A stretch of 64,000 nt of DNA. Source: the human T2T-CHM13v2.0 reference genome, Homo sapiens. How positions within the stretch are numbered: the stretch's first letter is position 1; each line of letters opens with the position of its first letter. This document shows positions 1-16,529 of this stretch, in pieces. The position numbers and the translations under genes were made by a program. Below the pieces are notes generated by a model, which was not told the origin of the DNA, searched no databases, and saw nothing but the letters and a program-made list of their open reading frames with translations. Where the stretch lies: assembly GCF_009914755.1 (NCBI RefSeq), contig NC_060936.1; one strand, given 5' to 3'.

Positions 1-474
1 AAAAAATGAGCTGCAGCTAAATTTACTCAAAGGATTATGTTTTGTATATTCTGAGAGCTGAAGAAATGGAGGTAGAGAAGGAAAAAATCCTAAGAATACG
101 TTTCCCTCCCAATTTTCCTGCTTCACCTCCCCTTCCCCACCCCACATTTCACATCTCTAGAAGACACTATGGATTATTAGTCCCATTTCCGCAGAGTGCA
201 ATACATGAATGCCAAATTTACACTTGTGATCAAAATTTCATGGATAGCCATTTAAAAAGGAATTTTACGTCAATTCTACTTTCTTTCTTTAGGTATCTGG
301 TTGCCTCAATGTTAAAGAGTATCAAAAATGCCGCTTTTATTTTTTAATAGTTGCCCCAAACTTGGATGAAAGGGGCTTGGTTGGGATGGGGCAGGGAGGA
401 GGGGAGATATCACAGATATTTATCAGACATTTTGCATGTCAATTGGTTTCAGAATTATTTTAAACAGTTGAAGT

Positions 475-1020
475 GTGGAAACCACTCAAGTGTCCATCAA
501 CAGATGAATGAATAAACAATATATGGTATAAACATACAATGGAATATTATCTAGCTGTAAAAATAATGCAGTCCTGATACAAGCTGCAACATGGATGAAC
601 TTTGAAAACATTATGCTAAATGAAATAAGCCAGACACAAAAGGACCAATATTGTATGATTCTTCTTTTGTGACGTACCTAGAATAGTCAAATTCAGAGAG
701 ACGAAGTAAAATGGTGGTTGCCAAGGGCTAGGAGAGGGAGGGATGGAAAGTTATTGTTTAATGGGTATAGAATTTCAGCTTTGCAAGATGAAGAGTTTTG
801 GAGATTGCAAAACAACATGAATGTACTTAACACTACTGACCCGTACATTTAAAAATGGTTAAGATGTTACATTTTTATGTTGAAAAGATGATGAAAAAGT
901 TGTGGAAATAGTGGTGATGGTTCCACAACATTGAGAATGTACTTAATGCCATTGAATGACACGCTTAAAATAGCTAACAGGTAAATTTGGTTATGTATAT
1001 TGTACCACAGTTTTAAAAAA
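475..1020 (+). mobile_element. L1M 3' end fragments
   Basis: TGTCCATCAACAGATGAATGAATAAAC...ATGCTAAATGAAATAAGCCAGACACAAAAGG L1M 3'UTR motifs. Confidence 0.75.
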
Positions 1021-1282
1021 AATGGTTAGAAAAAAACAGCACTGAATTGAAAGGTGGCTATCATCACACCTCTTGGCCCCGGCAATGCACAACCCCATCC
1101 CCTACTAACTCAGGGCACTATAACTCCCTAGGAAATGTGTGTGTGTCTGGAGGAGCCATAACCAGCTTGTGCTTTTTGTAACCCTGTTCACCTGTGGGTA
1201 GGGGAGGACAGTCTTCTTCTGATGCAGTTCTCCCAGTTCTACTTCTGTTTGAAAATCAAGTTCATATCCATAAATGTGATGT

Positions 1283-1932
1283 TGTGGCAGGCCAGGTCTC
1301 ACTAACGCAGGCCTCCTTAACAACTGTTTTCAGTACTGACTGAGTGGTTAAGTTAAATATTAAAAGCCAGTGCCCTTATACAAAGGCTGGAATGTAACAA
1401 AAGCCCACCAAGAGTTTTGCCTAGACCTTTCCAGGGTCTTAAAGAATGACAAAATAATGAAGGAATTCTCAACAGGACTCAGTTAAGATTAAACAAGTTT
1501 TATTGGGGATGAAGAAACTCTCCAGGCCTCCACAGACAAGTTTATTGGGGATCTGAAGGAACTACCCAAACCTCCCTGATTTAGCAGGAGACAAGATAAG
1601 GGTAATCACCCCAACATCTGGACCCATTTAGATTAAGTAAATTTACTGAGGCTCCAGAGGAAGGTCTTCAGGACTCAGACCTTCGTTATAGATCAAAAGA
1701 AGTTAATCACTCATGTCTTTAGATGAGTGCACACTTACACACAGACATATAGCTTAGAAGGTATATAAGCTCTGGAAAACTTTGTAGTTTTGAGTTGGTC
1801 TGGCAATAATTTCCAGGCCTTCTCCCTATAACCAGTTACAGAAATAAAAACTGTCTTCCTCCCCAGTTCATCTGCATCTCGTTATTGGGCCACGAGAAAT
1901 AGCAGCCCAACCCTCAGTTTGGTCCCGAAACA
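1283..1932 (+). mobile_element. ERV1-class solo LTR (LTR15-like)
   Basis: TG...CA termini with 4-bp TSD ATGT (1279-1282, 1933-1936); TATA-like GGTATATAAG ~1761; AATAAA ~1843; family name from memory. Confidence 0.75.
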
Positions 1933-2652
1933 ATGTTAGCCTTATATATTAGCTTTGAATTTTTATTTCATTTGAGGTTTTTATAAGGTAATCAATGTTA
2001 GATGGAGCTGGTTGTGGGTCTAAAAGCTAACCTCATCATTCATTCAACAAACATTTATTGAGCACCAACTTTAAAGGGACCCTCAACTGAACGAAGAATA
2101 ATAAGTCAATCCCTGCACTCAAGGGGGTTTGCATCTAGCTGAGAGATGAACTTGTCAATAAATAAGTGTACTAGCACATATCACAGCTGTTTTGATAATG
2201 AGTCTATGCAGGCCTGAAGAGGCAAAAATCTAGTACAGGCTCAGTGTTGGGAAAATTTTCTAGTCAGTGTTGAGTCACTGTTAATTGTGTTGATTCATGG
2301 CTTCCTCTGTTAATTACTCCTTGAATTACCACCAAAATGATAACACACAGTGAACTACTACATATGTCTAGGCTCTGAAGAAATGTATTTCGAGGGGAAA
2401 CTATGGTCAATATCATGCATTGCAAAAGAGCAACGTTTTAAGAGAACCCCAATGCCAATTTGAATGCTTTCTGCCTATGTAAATTGGCTATTACATAATG
2501 GCAAGATAAATTCCAAGCTGGCTTTCCACTTCTGTCATCAATCTAGGACTTGTGATTTGCTTTAACTCTCCTATTCACATACTTAGGACACAGGGAATAA
2601 AAATTATAATCATGAGCCAAAATGAAATCACCATAGGCAAAGAGTGATTTAC

Positions 2653-2788
2653 CTGAGCATCTGAATTAAATTCTCCAAAGCTAAAGAGCTTGGACTTTAA
2701 TTGCAATTCTGCTGCTTTCTCTTCTTCTCTCACACAGTTAGCTTTAAGCATTTTTTCTTGCTCCAAAAGAAACTCTATGTTGCTATTT
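2653..2788 (-). CDS. CCDC38: CCDC38 exon 13, NSNIEFLLEQEKMLKANCVREEEKAAELQLKSKLFSFGEFNSDAQ
   Basis: gtaatAG|AAATAG...GCTCAG|GTaaat; 136 nt (cumulative 1278 = 426 codons); remaining exons lie left of the window. Confidence 0.94.
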
Positions 2789-4084
2789 CTATTACAAAAG
2801 AAGAAAGAGACCCTCATCTGAAATTTGTGGTTAGTGAAATAACCATCAGTCAGGAGCTTTAACACTCTAGATCATGTGTCAAAATCCATGTAGTGAGCCA
2901 AATACAAGTTTGTATTTGAAGACATTGCCAAAGTACATGCAACTTTTCAAGTTAAAATGAGAAAAATACATGCACAAATGCTGTTTTTAACTTCCATCAG
3001 AAGGCATTTTCTTCCCCTCCCCTACTTTTGTGGTTCCATTCGAATTCCCCCAAATAGCAGCAGAGCTGAGGCATCAGGAACCCAGTGTTCTCAAACGTGG
3101 CTGATAATCAGAATATGTGGGGAGCCGAGAGGGAAAATATAGACTCCTAATTCCCTCACCTAAAGATTCTGATAAGATCCTCTAGAGATAGATTCTATAT
3201 ATCCCCCTTTCCTGCCTACCTGCACCCACCCTGTCCCAGAAAATCTTATTGTGGAGGTGGGTGGAGGGCCATTAGACACTGTGAAGATTGGAAAAGATAC
3301 AAGGATTAAAAAGTCTCAGAAATGGTAATGGGTAGCTGTGAGATAATGATTTTTATTTAGATTCTTCTGAACAAATTAATTTGTTTTGAAGTTAAATGTA
3401 GTTTGACCTATTGTTTAAAAAGATTGCCATCTTCTGGCCCAGAAAACTGTTCTGAGAAAAGGTTCTACACATTTTTGCAATGAGTAGATACAAAGATTTA
3501 TTCTCTGTAATTCAATTCTTTTTCAAGTTTGTAATACTATATATTTTTAGATGAGGAAGGAATTTTGTGAGGGATCAAATCCAGCTGCTTTCCCCTGACA
3601 GAAATCCTTTCTATATTCGCCCTGAGATATTGACAGGAACTTTATAAAATGATATAATATTTAATCACAAAAATTATTTTTCTGAGAGTCACAGCCAATG
3701 AAAATACATTTGTTAGCATTATCATCCACAGCATGATTTGGTAAAGTAAATGACAGCTAGCCAAGTGATAGGGCGAAAACTATACTGGACAAAAGTTAAG
3801 GCAGTAGGTACCATTTTAATTCTTTTTAGTCATTTTTCAAAGTATCTTTTATTATTACTAGTAGGAAAATACGTTGACAAGTGAAAGGAAGTAGGGACAA
3901 AATTAAAGCCAGTCTATTCTGTGTAAATACGACGTCTACGTTTTGCACTCCACAATGTAAACTATTAAAAACCCCAGCCTACATTCACAGAGACCACGAG
4001 GAAGAGCCACATGTGAGTGAGTTGGACCCAGGCTCTGGTTAGAAATTGCTTAATGGAATAAATCTACTTGTTTATAATGACTTA

Positions 4085-4237
<153 letters not shown>

Positions 4238-4669
4238 CTAATTAATCAATAATGAAGAATATAATTTACTTAAAAATATGCTACCTATGCACATGTGACT
4301 TATCTAGAAAATACAGTGGGGTAAAGGAAGACAGTTCTAAGGATGAGGGAGACACAGGTAGGAACTTGTATGGGAAACTCGCCTATTTCCAAGTGAGAGC
4401 TGGCTTTCAGAAAGAGCACATTTGCAGTGTTGTGGGGAGATGAGGGTATTAAAAAAGGGATGGGGAAGAAAAAAGGAAGAAGAGGGTGAGGAAAAGGAGA
4501 CAGAGCAGAAGAGGAGGCAAGTGCGGGAAAAAGGGAAAGGGAGAAGGAATAGAAGAAAGATGACAGGAGGCTGAGTGAAAGTCATTTTCTCCCCACATTT
4601 TAATTATTTTATATTTCCTACATTTTTAAGATAAAGTATGTGTTACCTTAAACATTTTTTTAAAAAATG

Positions 4670-5440
4670 ACTTGGGCATTTGCACACCCATGTTCCTCAT
4701 TATTCACGATAGCCAAGACATGGAAGCAAGAATGTCCATCAATGGATAAATGGATTAAGTCAATGTAGTATACACATACTATGGAATATTATTCAGCTTC
4801 AAAAGGAAAGAAATTGACCGGGTGCGGTGGCTCACACCTGTAATCCCAGCACTTTGGGAGGCCGAGGTGGGTGGATCATGAGATCAGGAGTTCAAGACCA
4901 GCCTGAGCAAGAGGGTGAAACCCCGACTCTACTAGAAATACAAAAATTAGCCAGTCATGGTGGTCGGTGCCTGTAATCCCAGCTACTTGGGAGGCTGAGG
5001 CAGAGAATTGCTTGAACTCAGGAGGCGGAGGTTTCAGTGAGCTGAGATCGTGCCACTGCACTTCAGCCTGGGCAACAAGAGTGAAACTCCATTTCAAAAA
5101 AAAAAAAAAGGAAACAAATCCTGTCATATGCTATAACATAGATGAACCTTGGATACAGTATGCTAAGTGAAATAAGCCAGGCACAAAAAGACAAATACTG
5201 AGTGATTCCACTTACATGAGGTATCTAAAATAGTAAAACTTTTAGAAACAGAATGTAGAATGGCAGTTGCCAGGGGCTATGGGAGGGAGAAAAGAGGAGT
5301 TGTTTAATGAGTATAGAGTTTCTATTTTGCAAAATCAGAAAGTTCTAGAGATCTGTTGCTTACAGTTGACACTACTGTAATGCACACTTAAAATGGCTAA
5401 AATGGTAAATTTTTTACATGTTTATTTGTCACAATTTTTT
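4670..5440 (+). mobile_element. L1M 3' end interrupted by an Alu (~4816-5109, +)
   Basis: L1 3'UTR motifs on both sides of a complete Alu with TSD-like AAAAGGAAA(G/C)AAAT. Confidence 0.8.
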
Positions 5441-5927
5441 AAAAAGATGACTTGGATAAGGTGTGTAATATACAACAATGAATGGTATTTGTTATCCCTT
5501 TTGAGTTTCTGTGGTTGCATTTCGGGTGGGGTTAGCTCAAAGTCAATCTTGCAGCAATAAAGGGTTGTTTTGTTGAAGGCCTATTTATTTTATGGTTCAG
5601 CTACCCAACACATCTCAAGTCCCAATAAAATGCAATCAGCAAGTGGCTATTTTTACAAGAAGATTGTAGATTTTATATATATTTTTATATATATATAAAA
5701 TATATATATCCTAAATCATTACCTTCTTCTAGATACTTATTTGTTATAAAATGTCTTATGACAAAGATAGATTATATATCCAATTGGAGAATAGTATCAA
5801 AATTATATTTCTTTCTGGAAGGTTTGTGCAATATTTTGAATAAAATATTTTAATTTCAAAAGAATAAATGATCATCAGTATTTTTCACCAAACCCAATAT
5901 TTAAACTAGCAAATATAATCTGGTTAC

Positions 5928-5997
5928 CAAATCAACGTCCATTTCATCATCTAAAAGGAATTCCAAACTGTCTTCTGAACCGAAACTTTCAGCCAGG
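5928..5997 (-). CDS. CCDC38: CCDC38 exon 11, LAESFGSEDSLEFLLDDEMDVDL
   Basis: ttttacAG|CCTGGC...GATTTG|GTaacc; 70 nt (cumulative 990). Confidence 0.92.
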
Positions 5998-8963
5998 CTG
6001 TAAAAGAAAAAAGAAAAAGAAAATGTCTGATTTGTGAGCCATTTTCTGTCAACAGGTTTGCATTCCTCTCTAAATTGTCGTTGGAACCCAACTGTAACAT
6101 AATTATTTTCAATAGCAGGTTTAGCCTTTTAGGGAACTGCTGATTGCAGAAATCAATGGATTCCATGAATATACAAAAGAAAATTGGATTCTGTCCCAGA
6201 CACAGCTGACATACACAAACAATGAGACCACATGGGAGGGCCATACCATATGGTACCAATTATTTGAGGTGCATCTATAAAGTAAGGTAACTTTATTTTT
6301 AAAGAAACACATGACAGCCTATGTTGCCTCATCCTTTTGTCCTTTTAATGCATTCTTCTTGAGAATCTGAATGTGCTCTACTTCTCAAAATGAAAGCTGT
6401 ATCACAGCCTTCTGACTGTCCCCAAGTAAGGCAATGCTTCTCTCTTTAAGAGCAGATTTTACTTCTCAAAATATCTTCCAATCAGGCTGACAAAATGTTG
6501 GTTGGGGTGATGGACAGTGAGATACCTCCTTAAAGCATAATCATGTGGCTTGGAAAGTGGCTCTGGAAAAATCCTGTAAGAAAGATCAGTGGAAACTGAT
6601 TGCAATATTAAAGAAGCAGGGATAGGGAGAGAGTAAGTTGGCTGTTGTTGTGATCTAGGTCATTAACACTTTCAGATAGAGGGCAGTGATGATGGCAACG
6701 ATGAGTAAGTGTGTGGGGAGGGAGGAGAATTTAGAGATATATGGAAGAATGAAATCATGGGAACCAAAAATAGAAAGGGCTCTTGGGGCCATGAGAGAAG
6801 AGACAAAGATGACTCCAACATTTGTGGTCTGGAGCCTGGAAAAATGGAGGTAGCACTCACAGGAAGGAAAACAGCTTACAGATGGGATAAGGAAAAGATT
6901 AATATTTGCTTTATTCATGTTGAGTTTGAGGGGACAAAATACACACCTGGAGCTGCCTATTGAGCAGCTGGAGAGAAAGTGTGGGAAAACAGAAAGGACC
7001 AGGGACATAGATGAATTTTAGGGAAACATACCCTGAGAAAGCATTTGACATTACAGTCCACCCTTCTCTGCTCTTGGGTTGAGCAACATCACTTTCTAAT
7101 CACTCTCTTCCCACCTCTCTGATACTCTTGTGGTCTTTTGGGGCTCCTCCTCAGTCTTCTTCCCTTCTCCTTCTACCCATTCTTTTGGGGAGACCTCATC
7201 CATCTCATGGATTCAACCACTGCTAATACACTAATGACTCTCACATCTCTATCTCTTTCTTGAGCTTTAGATTTCAATGTCCAACCTTCAACTGGACATC
7301 ATTACCCACATGGCTGTCCCACAGGGAGCTAAAATGAACATCCAAAATCACACTCCTTCTCTTCTCCTCAGGCAGGCCTGCTCCTCTTACTGGGTTCCCA
7401 ATATTATTGGATGGCAAGACCATGCACCCAGTTGCCATGCTAGAAATCTGGGCGTTATCTGTAACCACTCTCTTTTCCCGACACTTCCCTCAATCTTTAC
7501 ATAAGCCGTTCAAAGTCCTGTCAGTGCCACTTCCCTATGTCTCTCACAGCCTTTCTTTCTTTGTTTCCGATGCCATTATCTGGTTTAGGCAGTCCAATCT
7601 CTCTCACCTGAATTGTGACAATAGGCTCCTAACTGGCCACTGTACCTCTAGTTTTGTCCTCCACCATTTCATTCTCTAAAATACTGCCACATCCATCTTT
7701 CTAAAGTGCAAATAGGATTGGGTCTCTGTCACACTCTTGTTTAAAACATACAGTGTCTCCCCAGGGCCCTTGGGACAAAGCACAGGCTGCTTAGGTAGAT
7801 AGCATCACCACTTCCCTGCTCATGGTGCAGTGCCCATGTACTCCTTGAGCCTCTCCCCCTTTTACCCAGAATGATAAACCTGCCATTCTGAACAGAGCCA
7901 AGCTCTGTCATCTCTGTACCAGAAAGCACCCCCTCTTCCAGAGCTTGTCCTCACTAACTCTTCCTCCTCTTATAGACTCAGCTTAGAGGCATCCTGTTCT
8001 GAAGCACATTCACTGATCCTGCCCTTGCCCTCCCATGCCCTCACCTCTCCTCTGGGTTGAGTCCTACCTTTGCATGCCTGTGGCACTCTGGGCTTATCCT
8101 TCTAATAACATTATCACATTGTATTGCAATCAACTTGGCTGTCTTCCTCCCTAAATGGTAAGGCCCTTGAGGGCAGAGATTATCTTTTGTTTATTGTTGG
8201 GGCACTCAATAAGTATTTGTTGAATGAATGGATGAGACTAGGAGAGTGGTGAGCTTTCTGAGGGAGCGAATGTGGTGTCTGCATGTTACTGTGAGCATCT
8301 AGATGCAGAAAAGGCATTTGGCAGGATTCAACACTCATTTTGATAAAAACTCTCAGGAAAACTGGAACAGAGAAGAACTTTCTTAACTTGATAGAGTATG
8401 CACATCTACAAAAATCCTCCAGCTAACGTTATATTTAATGGTGAAAAACCGAATCCTTTCAAGACTGGGAACAAGACAAAGATATCTGCTCCCTCTACTC
8501 TTATTCAACATCAAAAGTTCTACCCATTGCAATAAAGCAAGAAAAAGAGATAAAAGGCATAAAGATCAGAAAGGAAGAAATAAAGCTGTCGCTACGTGCA
8601 AATGACATAATGGTCTACTTAGAAAATCCACAGGAATCTTTAAAAACAAAACAAAATTCTTGAACTAATAAGTGAGTTCAGTACGGTCAGGGTATACAAT
8701 CAATTGTATTTCTCTATATTAGCAATGACTGCATGGACACCAAAATACAAAGTACAATACCATTTACAATTGTTCAAAAAGAAAAGACAAAAATATTTTG
8801 CTATAAATCTGACAAAACATGTATAGGATTTGTAAGCTGAAAACTACAGAAGGCTGAAGAAATCAAAGAAGATCTAAACAAATGGAGAGTCAGACTGTGT
8901 TTATGGATTGGAAAATGTAACATAGTAAAGAAATCAATTATCCCCAAATTGATATACAGGTTT

Positions 8964-9400
8964 GTGTTAGTTTCCTAGGGTTGATGTAACAAACAACAGC
9001 TTAAAGCAACAGTAACTTATTCTCTCACAGTTCTGGAGGCTAGAAGTCAGAAATCAAGGTGTCAACAGGCCATGTTCTCTCTGAGAGCTCCAGGGAAGAA
9101 TCTATTAATACCTTTCTCTTAGCTGCTCCTATTGCCAGCAGTCCTTGGCTTGCAGCCACATCACTTCAATCTCTGTCTCTGTCATCACATGGCATTCTCC
9201 CTGTGTCTCAGTGTCTCTTCTTTTGTAAGGACACCAGTCATACTGAATTAAGGGTCTACCCTAATGACTTCATCTTACTTTGATTAAGTCTGCAAAGGTG
9301 TAATAAAAATATATATATTTTTTCCAGATAAGGTCATGTACATAGTACCATGGGTTAGGACTTCTACATATCTTTGTGGGGGACATAATTCAACCCATAA
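8964..9400 (-). mobile_element. MLT1 (MaLR) LTR
   Basis: TCTCACAGTTCTGGAGGCTAGAAGTC...GGGGACATAATTCAACCCATAA pattern. Confidence 0.75.
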
Positions 9401-9569
9401 AAAGGCTTAACACAATTCCCATCATAATTCCAGAAAGTTTTTTTGTAGATATAGATAAGGTTATTTTAAAATTTATATAAAAAGAAAAAGGAGCTAGAAT
9501 AGCCAACACAGTTTTGAAAAACAGGAATTACATAAGAAGTCTCCCTGACCTCGAGACTAATAGCTACAG

Positions 9570-10523
<954 letters not shown>

Positions 10524-11347
10524 ACTAATAGCTACAGTAGTCAAGATCATGTGGCAGGACAGCCACAAAGATCAATGGAACAGAATAGAGAATCCAGAAA
10601 TAGCCCCCAACAAATATGCCTAAGTGATTTTTGACAAAGGTGCAAAAGCAATTCAATGAAAGAAGCCATTTCAACAAATGGTGCAGGAGCAATTGACATA
10701 CACAGGCAAAAAAGCACCATCACCACAATCTAAACCTCACCCCTTATACAAAAATTAACTCAAAATGGAAAATGGATCACAAACTTACATGTAAAACTAT
10801 AAAACACCTAAGAAAAAATATGGAAAAAAATCTTTGAGTCTAAGGCTAGGGAAAACGTTTTAGAATTGACACCAAAAGCATGAACTATAAAAGAAAAAAT
10901 TCATAACTCGAAATTCATCAAAATTAAAACTTTCACTCTGCAAAAGACCCTATTAAGAGGATAAAAAAGACAATCTACACACTCAGAGAAATTCTTTGCA
11001 AACCACATATCCCCAAAGGACTAGTATCTAATATATACAGAATTTTCAAAATCCAACAGTTTTAATAAAAGGCAATTCAGTTAGAAAGTGAGCAAAAGAC
11101 ATGAATAGATATTTCATCAGAGGATATAAAGATGCAAACAAGCACACGACAAGATGCGCAACATCATTAGCTACTAGGAAAATCAATTAATACCTACCAG
11201 AATAGTTAAAATAAAAGACAGTGAAAACACCAAATGCTGTTGAGGATATGAAGAAACTGGACCCCACATACAATGCTAGTGGGAATGTAAAGTGACATAG
11301 CCACTCTGAGAAACAACTTATCAATCTCTTTAAAAACTGAACATGCG

Positions 11348-11675
<328 letters not shown>

Positions 11676-12902
11676 CTACCATCCAATCAGGCATTACATT
11701 ATAATTATTCCAGAGAAGTGAAAATTATGTTCACACAAAAGGTTGAACAAAGATATTTGTAGCAACTTTATTCACTATATCCCCAAACTAAAAATAATCC
11801 AGATGGTCTTCAATGAGCAAATAGTTAAACTGTAGCACATCCATACCATAGTATACTACTCATCAATAAAAAGGATCCAACTACTGATAGACCAAACAAC
11901 TTAAGTGAATCTCCAGAGAATTATGCTTAGTAAAATAACCCAATCCCAAAAGATTACATACTGTAGGATTCCACTTATAGAACATTCTTGGAATAACAGA
12001 ATCATAGAAATGGAGAACGCATTGGCGGTTGCCAGGGTTTAAGGGGAGGTGGGAGAGGGAAGTGGGTGTGGCTCTGAAAGGGCAACATGAAGAACCCTGC
12101 GCTGACGTTCTGTATTTGATGGCATCCATGTCAATATCCTGGTTATGGTATTTGTGCTACAGTTTTGCAAGATGATGCCATTGGAGGAAACTGAGTAAAA
12201 GGTATATGGAGTCTCTCTGTACTATTTCTTACAATTGTACGTGAATCTAAAACGATCTCAAAATGAACATTTAATTACAAAAAAATCTGTGCCAAATGCC
12301 ACAGAAGTGGGTGTCTAGAATTCAGAGGGTGCCTAGAATTCACAGCAAAATGTTTCCGTTTCTCTCAGTGATTGTCATGATACTGTGATGCTGGCCCAGA
12401 TCCCTTCCTCTGGGCTGGTGTACCCATCCCAGGCATCAACATATTTTCTTAAAGAAGCTCTCTTGGGGTAGTAAGGGTTGAGAACGAGTGACTTCTGAAA
12501 TAATGAGTACAAATGAGTGAACAATTAAGTGAGGGGGAAAACAACAACAAAAAAATACTTTATGATCCTAATTGCAGGAATTTTGAATCACATGGTGAAA
12601 TTGCAAACACACAGGCTAGCAGAATAGCTTAATAAAAAATAGGGCAGTGGGTTCTGAGAAGCAAAGACCCAAGATGCAGGGGGCGGGGCAGATAGCTTCT
12701 GCAAATAATAGCTGTAGGTACTTAACAAAGATTGGAGAGAGGCCTGTGAGATCTCAGGAGTGCACAGAAATGGCACCACTACTTCCAGGATCTCTTACAA
12801 CAGTTATGGGTACATGACATATATGTTGAGAAAAGGCTTTAAAAGTTATTTGCTGAAAACCATTCCCAGTTTCCAAGGGAGTTAGTCAAGTATATACTGT
12901 AC

Positions 12903-12951
12903 TTTGATTTCTTTTTCTCTGGAGTGCGAGTCAGGCTTCTGCTTGGCTTTC
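12903..12951 (-). CDS. CCDC38: CCDC38 exon 10, KPSRSLTRTPEKKKS(N)
   Basis: tgaacAG|GAAAGC...TCAAA|GTacag; 49 nt (cumulative 920); bridges phase 1 to 2 between its neighbours. Confidence 0.88.
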
Positions 12952-13360
12952 CTGTTCAAAATGTCCAGGTGAGGCCATGCCGTTGGTGATGGTGGAGTGA
13001 AAAGAAATAACATGGAATTAGAAATGAGCCCGTGCACTTGGTGCAAGGTATTCATTTTTCTGCACAGACATGCCCATTACTTCTTTCTTTTTTTAAAAAA
13101 TTATTTTATTATTGGAATGATAATTGCATAGAAAATGGAGGTCTTTTATTCTATTGAAACTGAGTTGCATGCGTAAGAATAAAATGAAAGGCACAGACTC
13201 TTCTAAATGCCTCAGGCAGAGATCACACTTTTGGCTTTTCCCTCCAGAGCCCTCACTGTCTATAACTATATATCATTCGCCCCATTGTAGTGTGTAGTTC
13301 TGGGATGCAGAACTATGTACTATTTGTCTTTGTGTACGTGGGGTCTTGAAGAGCACCTGA

Positions 13361-13754
<394 letters not shown>

Positions 13755-14334
13755 TGTCTCAGCTTTTAAGCTGGTACCCTAACATGTACTACTAAAAAGT
13801 ATTGTTAAGAGGTGTTATTTAAACTGAGAAACTTCTATATTCAAAATTTCAAAGAGAAGGGAACATTGACACCACCTCCCACTCCCTCTACCCCACCCCT
13901 GCCCCCACACCCTACTCAAGATCTTCCAACAGGCAAAGTAGTATGTCTTAAAGTGAGCCAAAGTGGCCTCACAACACAAAAGAATTTACTTTTCAATCAG
14001 CTGGCCAGATGCACAAGGCTTCAGGCTTATACCAGGGTCATTTCTGGGCAGGCAACTTGTATTCCTGACCTTTATCCCAATACTAAATACATCCCAAGGT
14101 TGATAGCAGGATACAGGAGAAAAGGAGTCCCCAGGAGTCAGCCTGAATTGGGGGCTGCAAACTCAGATGGATACAGGGAAGGGCAGGTAAAGGAGTGGAG
14201 TGGACCCAGTAAGAACAAAGCAACTGGAGAGATCAGACCCCTCCCACAAGAAAGTTCCCAACTTGATCCCAGACTTCAGATCTTGTGGTTTTCAAGAGAA
14301 GATAGAAATACAGATTTTTTTCATGACATATGCT

Positions 14335-14655
14335 TATTTTACTTTATTTATTTATTTATTTATTTATTTGACATAGGGTCTCACTCTGTTACCCGGGCTG
14401 GAGTGCAGTGGTGCAGCACCATCACTGCTCACCATGGCCTCGATTTGCTGGGCTCAAGCGATCCTCCTACCTCAACCTCCTCAGCAGCTGGGACTATAGG
14501 CGTATACCACCATGCCCAGCTAATTTTTGTATTTTTGGCAGATATGGGTTTTTTCCATGCTGCCCAGGCTTGTCGTGAATTCCTGGGCTCAAGTGATCCA
14601 CCTGCCTCAGCCTCCCAAAGTGCTGGGATTAAAGGTGTGAGCCACCATGCCTGGC
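14335..14655 (-). mobile_element. AluJ
   Basis: Antisense Alu with (TTTA)n tail. Confidence 0.88.
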
Positions 14656-15276
14656 CTACATGTGCTGATTTTTAAACATTGGCCACCAAGCCAAACAACA
14701 CCAAAACACTGGGGCCAGATAGCGCAGCCCAGTGGGCCAAATCTCCGGTCTGAACTTGTGATGCAGAGTGGGAGGAGGAGGGTCATTCCACCTGGGAGAG
14801 ATGGTGATAGTGAAGGACTTCTTGGAGTTGATGGTGGGTAGGTTAGAGCTACCTCTGCTCTAAATTAATCCTTTTCCCAAGGGTAAATTCTCTGAATCAC
14901 TGGCCAAAGTCAGTCACCTCGTTGCAAATGGCCTGGTTTTCTGGACCCTGGGAGTGGGCCTGCCAACGGCAGAAGGCAGGTCCGCGCCAGAGAAACGAGG
15001 GGCCTCAGCTTGGAAGGACTTCAGGACATGTGCTGGCCAGCCAGGGTATGTCTCAGGGGCCCTCTTCCTCTGATTCTCTGCCTATTCTATCCACTCGTGC
15101 ACCTCTTGGCATTTTGTGATAACGTGAGAGAGAGAACCAGAGCCCCTGGCTGCTAGGATTGAGGGTGGGGTGGACACAGCCCTCCATTTTCCAGGTTGGC
15201 TTGTAGTCCTCTGTCTCCACTTTGAGATGGACACATTCGCAGGTTTTACTTTCATGAGTCCCAAATCTACCTTTAC

Positions 15277-15375
15277 CTTGGCTGTCTCTTCCCTGAGAAG
15301 CATCTTCTGAAAGGACGGCTGTCCTCCCGGACTCCTCAAGGATGCCTTCCTTGTTACTTGAATGTAATGATAATT
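15277..15375 (-). CDS. CCDC38: CCDC38 exon 9, LSLHSSNKEGILEESGRTAVLSEDASQGRDSQ(G)
   Basis: tttctAG|AATTAT...CCAAG|GTaaag; 99 nt, symmetric phase 1-1 (cumulative 871). Confidence 0.92.
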
Positions 15376-15523
15376 CTAGAAATGGCAAATGAAGAGGAGA
15401 GAGACAGAGAAAGATGGGGGGAAAAAAACACTGCTGAGAAAGAGAGCTTTGTCTCAGGGTGAAGATAGAGTTATTGTCAAAACTTCCAGGGACAGAAATA
15501 TAAGTTGGAGACATTATCAACCA

Positions 15524-15601
15524 GCAAACGTGATATGCAGATAGTAATATGCAAACATAATATGCAGATGGTAATATGCAAACACAATATGCAGATAGTA
15601 A
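15524..15601. repeat. 27-bp minisatellite, about 3 copies
   Basis: GCAAAC(GTG/ATA/ACA)ATATGCAGAT(A/G)GTAATAT. Confidence 0.85.
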
Positions 15602-15749
15602 GGGCTGGTCCCTGGGTTAAGAGAATGTGTGAGAACTGACTGGTAGGGCACTAGGACATCTCCATTTTCAACATCCATCTGTCGTAACTCCTTAAATCCC
15701 AAATGTTAGCTTTCAAGCCTCTGGACTGACAGACTTAACTAGTTTCTGA

Positions 15750-16092
<343 letters not shown>

Positions 16093-16529
16093 CCAGAAGG
16101 ACTGAATTTTAAATTGTTGAATGCAAATACTTCTTGTTTTTTTTTTCCCACTTGTTTTCCCTCTTGTGCAACACCATTTAGCTTTAACCAAATTTTTTCA
16201 TGTGCTCAACACTTTACACATATGACCTAATTTAATCACACTTGGCACAGTGAGAGACCTAGGGAACTCAGCAGGGAAACCATTAGTGGTGTGTTGGTAA
16301 AGGTTTAACAACCAACTCTCTAGAAAGCAAATTCCCCCTGATTTGTAGTTCGCCAATTTCTGTGTTGTAAATGCTCCTATCCTGGAGTAGTGGCATCAGT
16401 TCTCAGCTGGGCTGCCCCTGGCTCCCATCCCTGCACTGCATCCTGGAAACTCTCTCTCCAGGTAGTAAGCTGAGGCAATCCTAGGGCTCACCTCCCTGGT
16501 TTCCCCTCTCCAAGGGATCACTCTGCTTT

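Noticed and set aside
13812-14675. 287-aa plus-strand ORF
   Set aside because: Non-ATG start, no recognisable domain, and the C-terminal third is an antisense AluJ; a chance open frame
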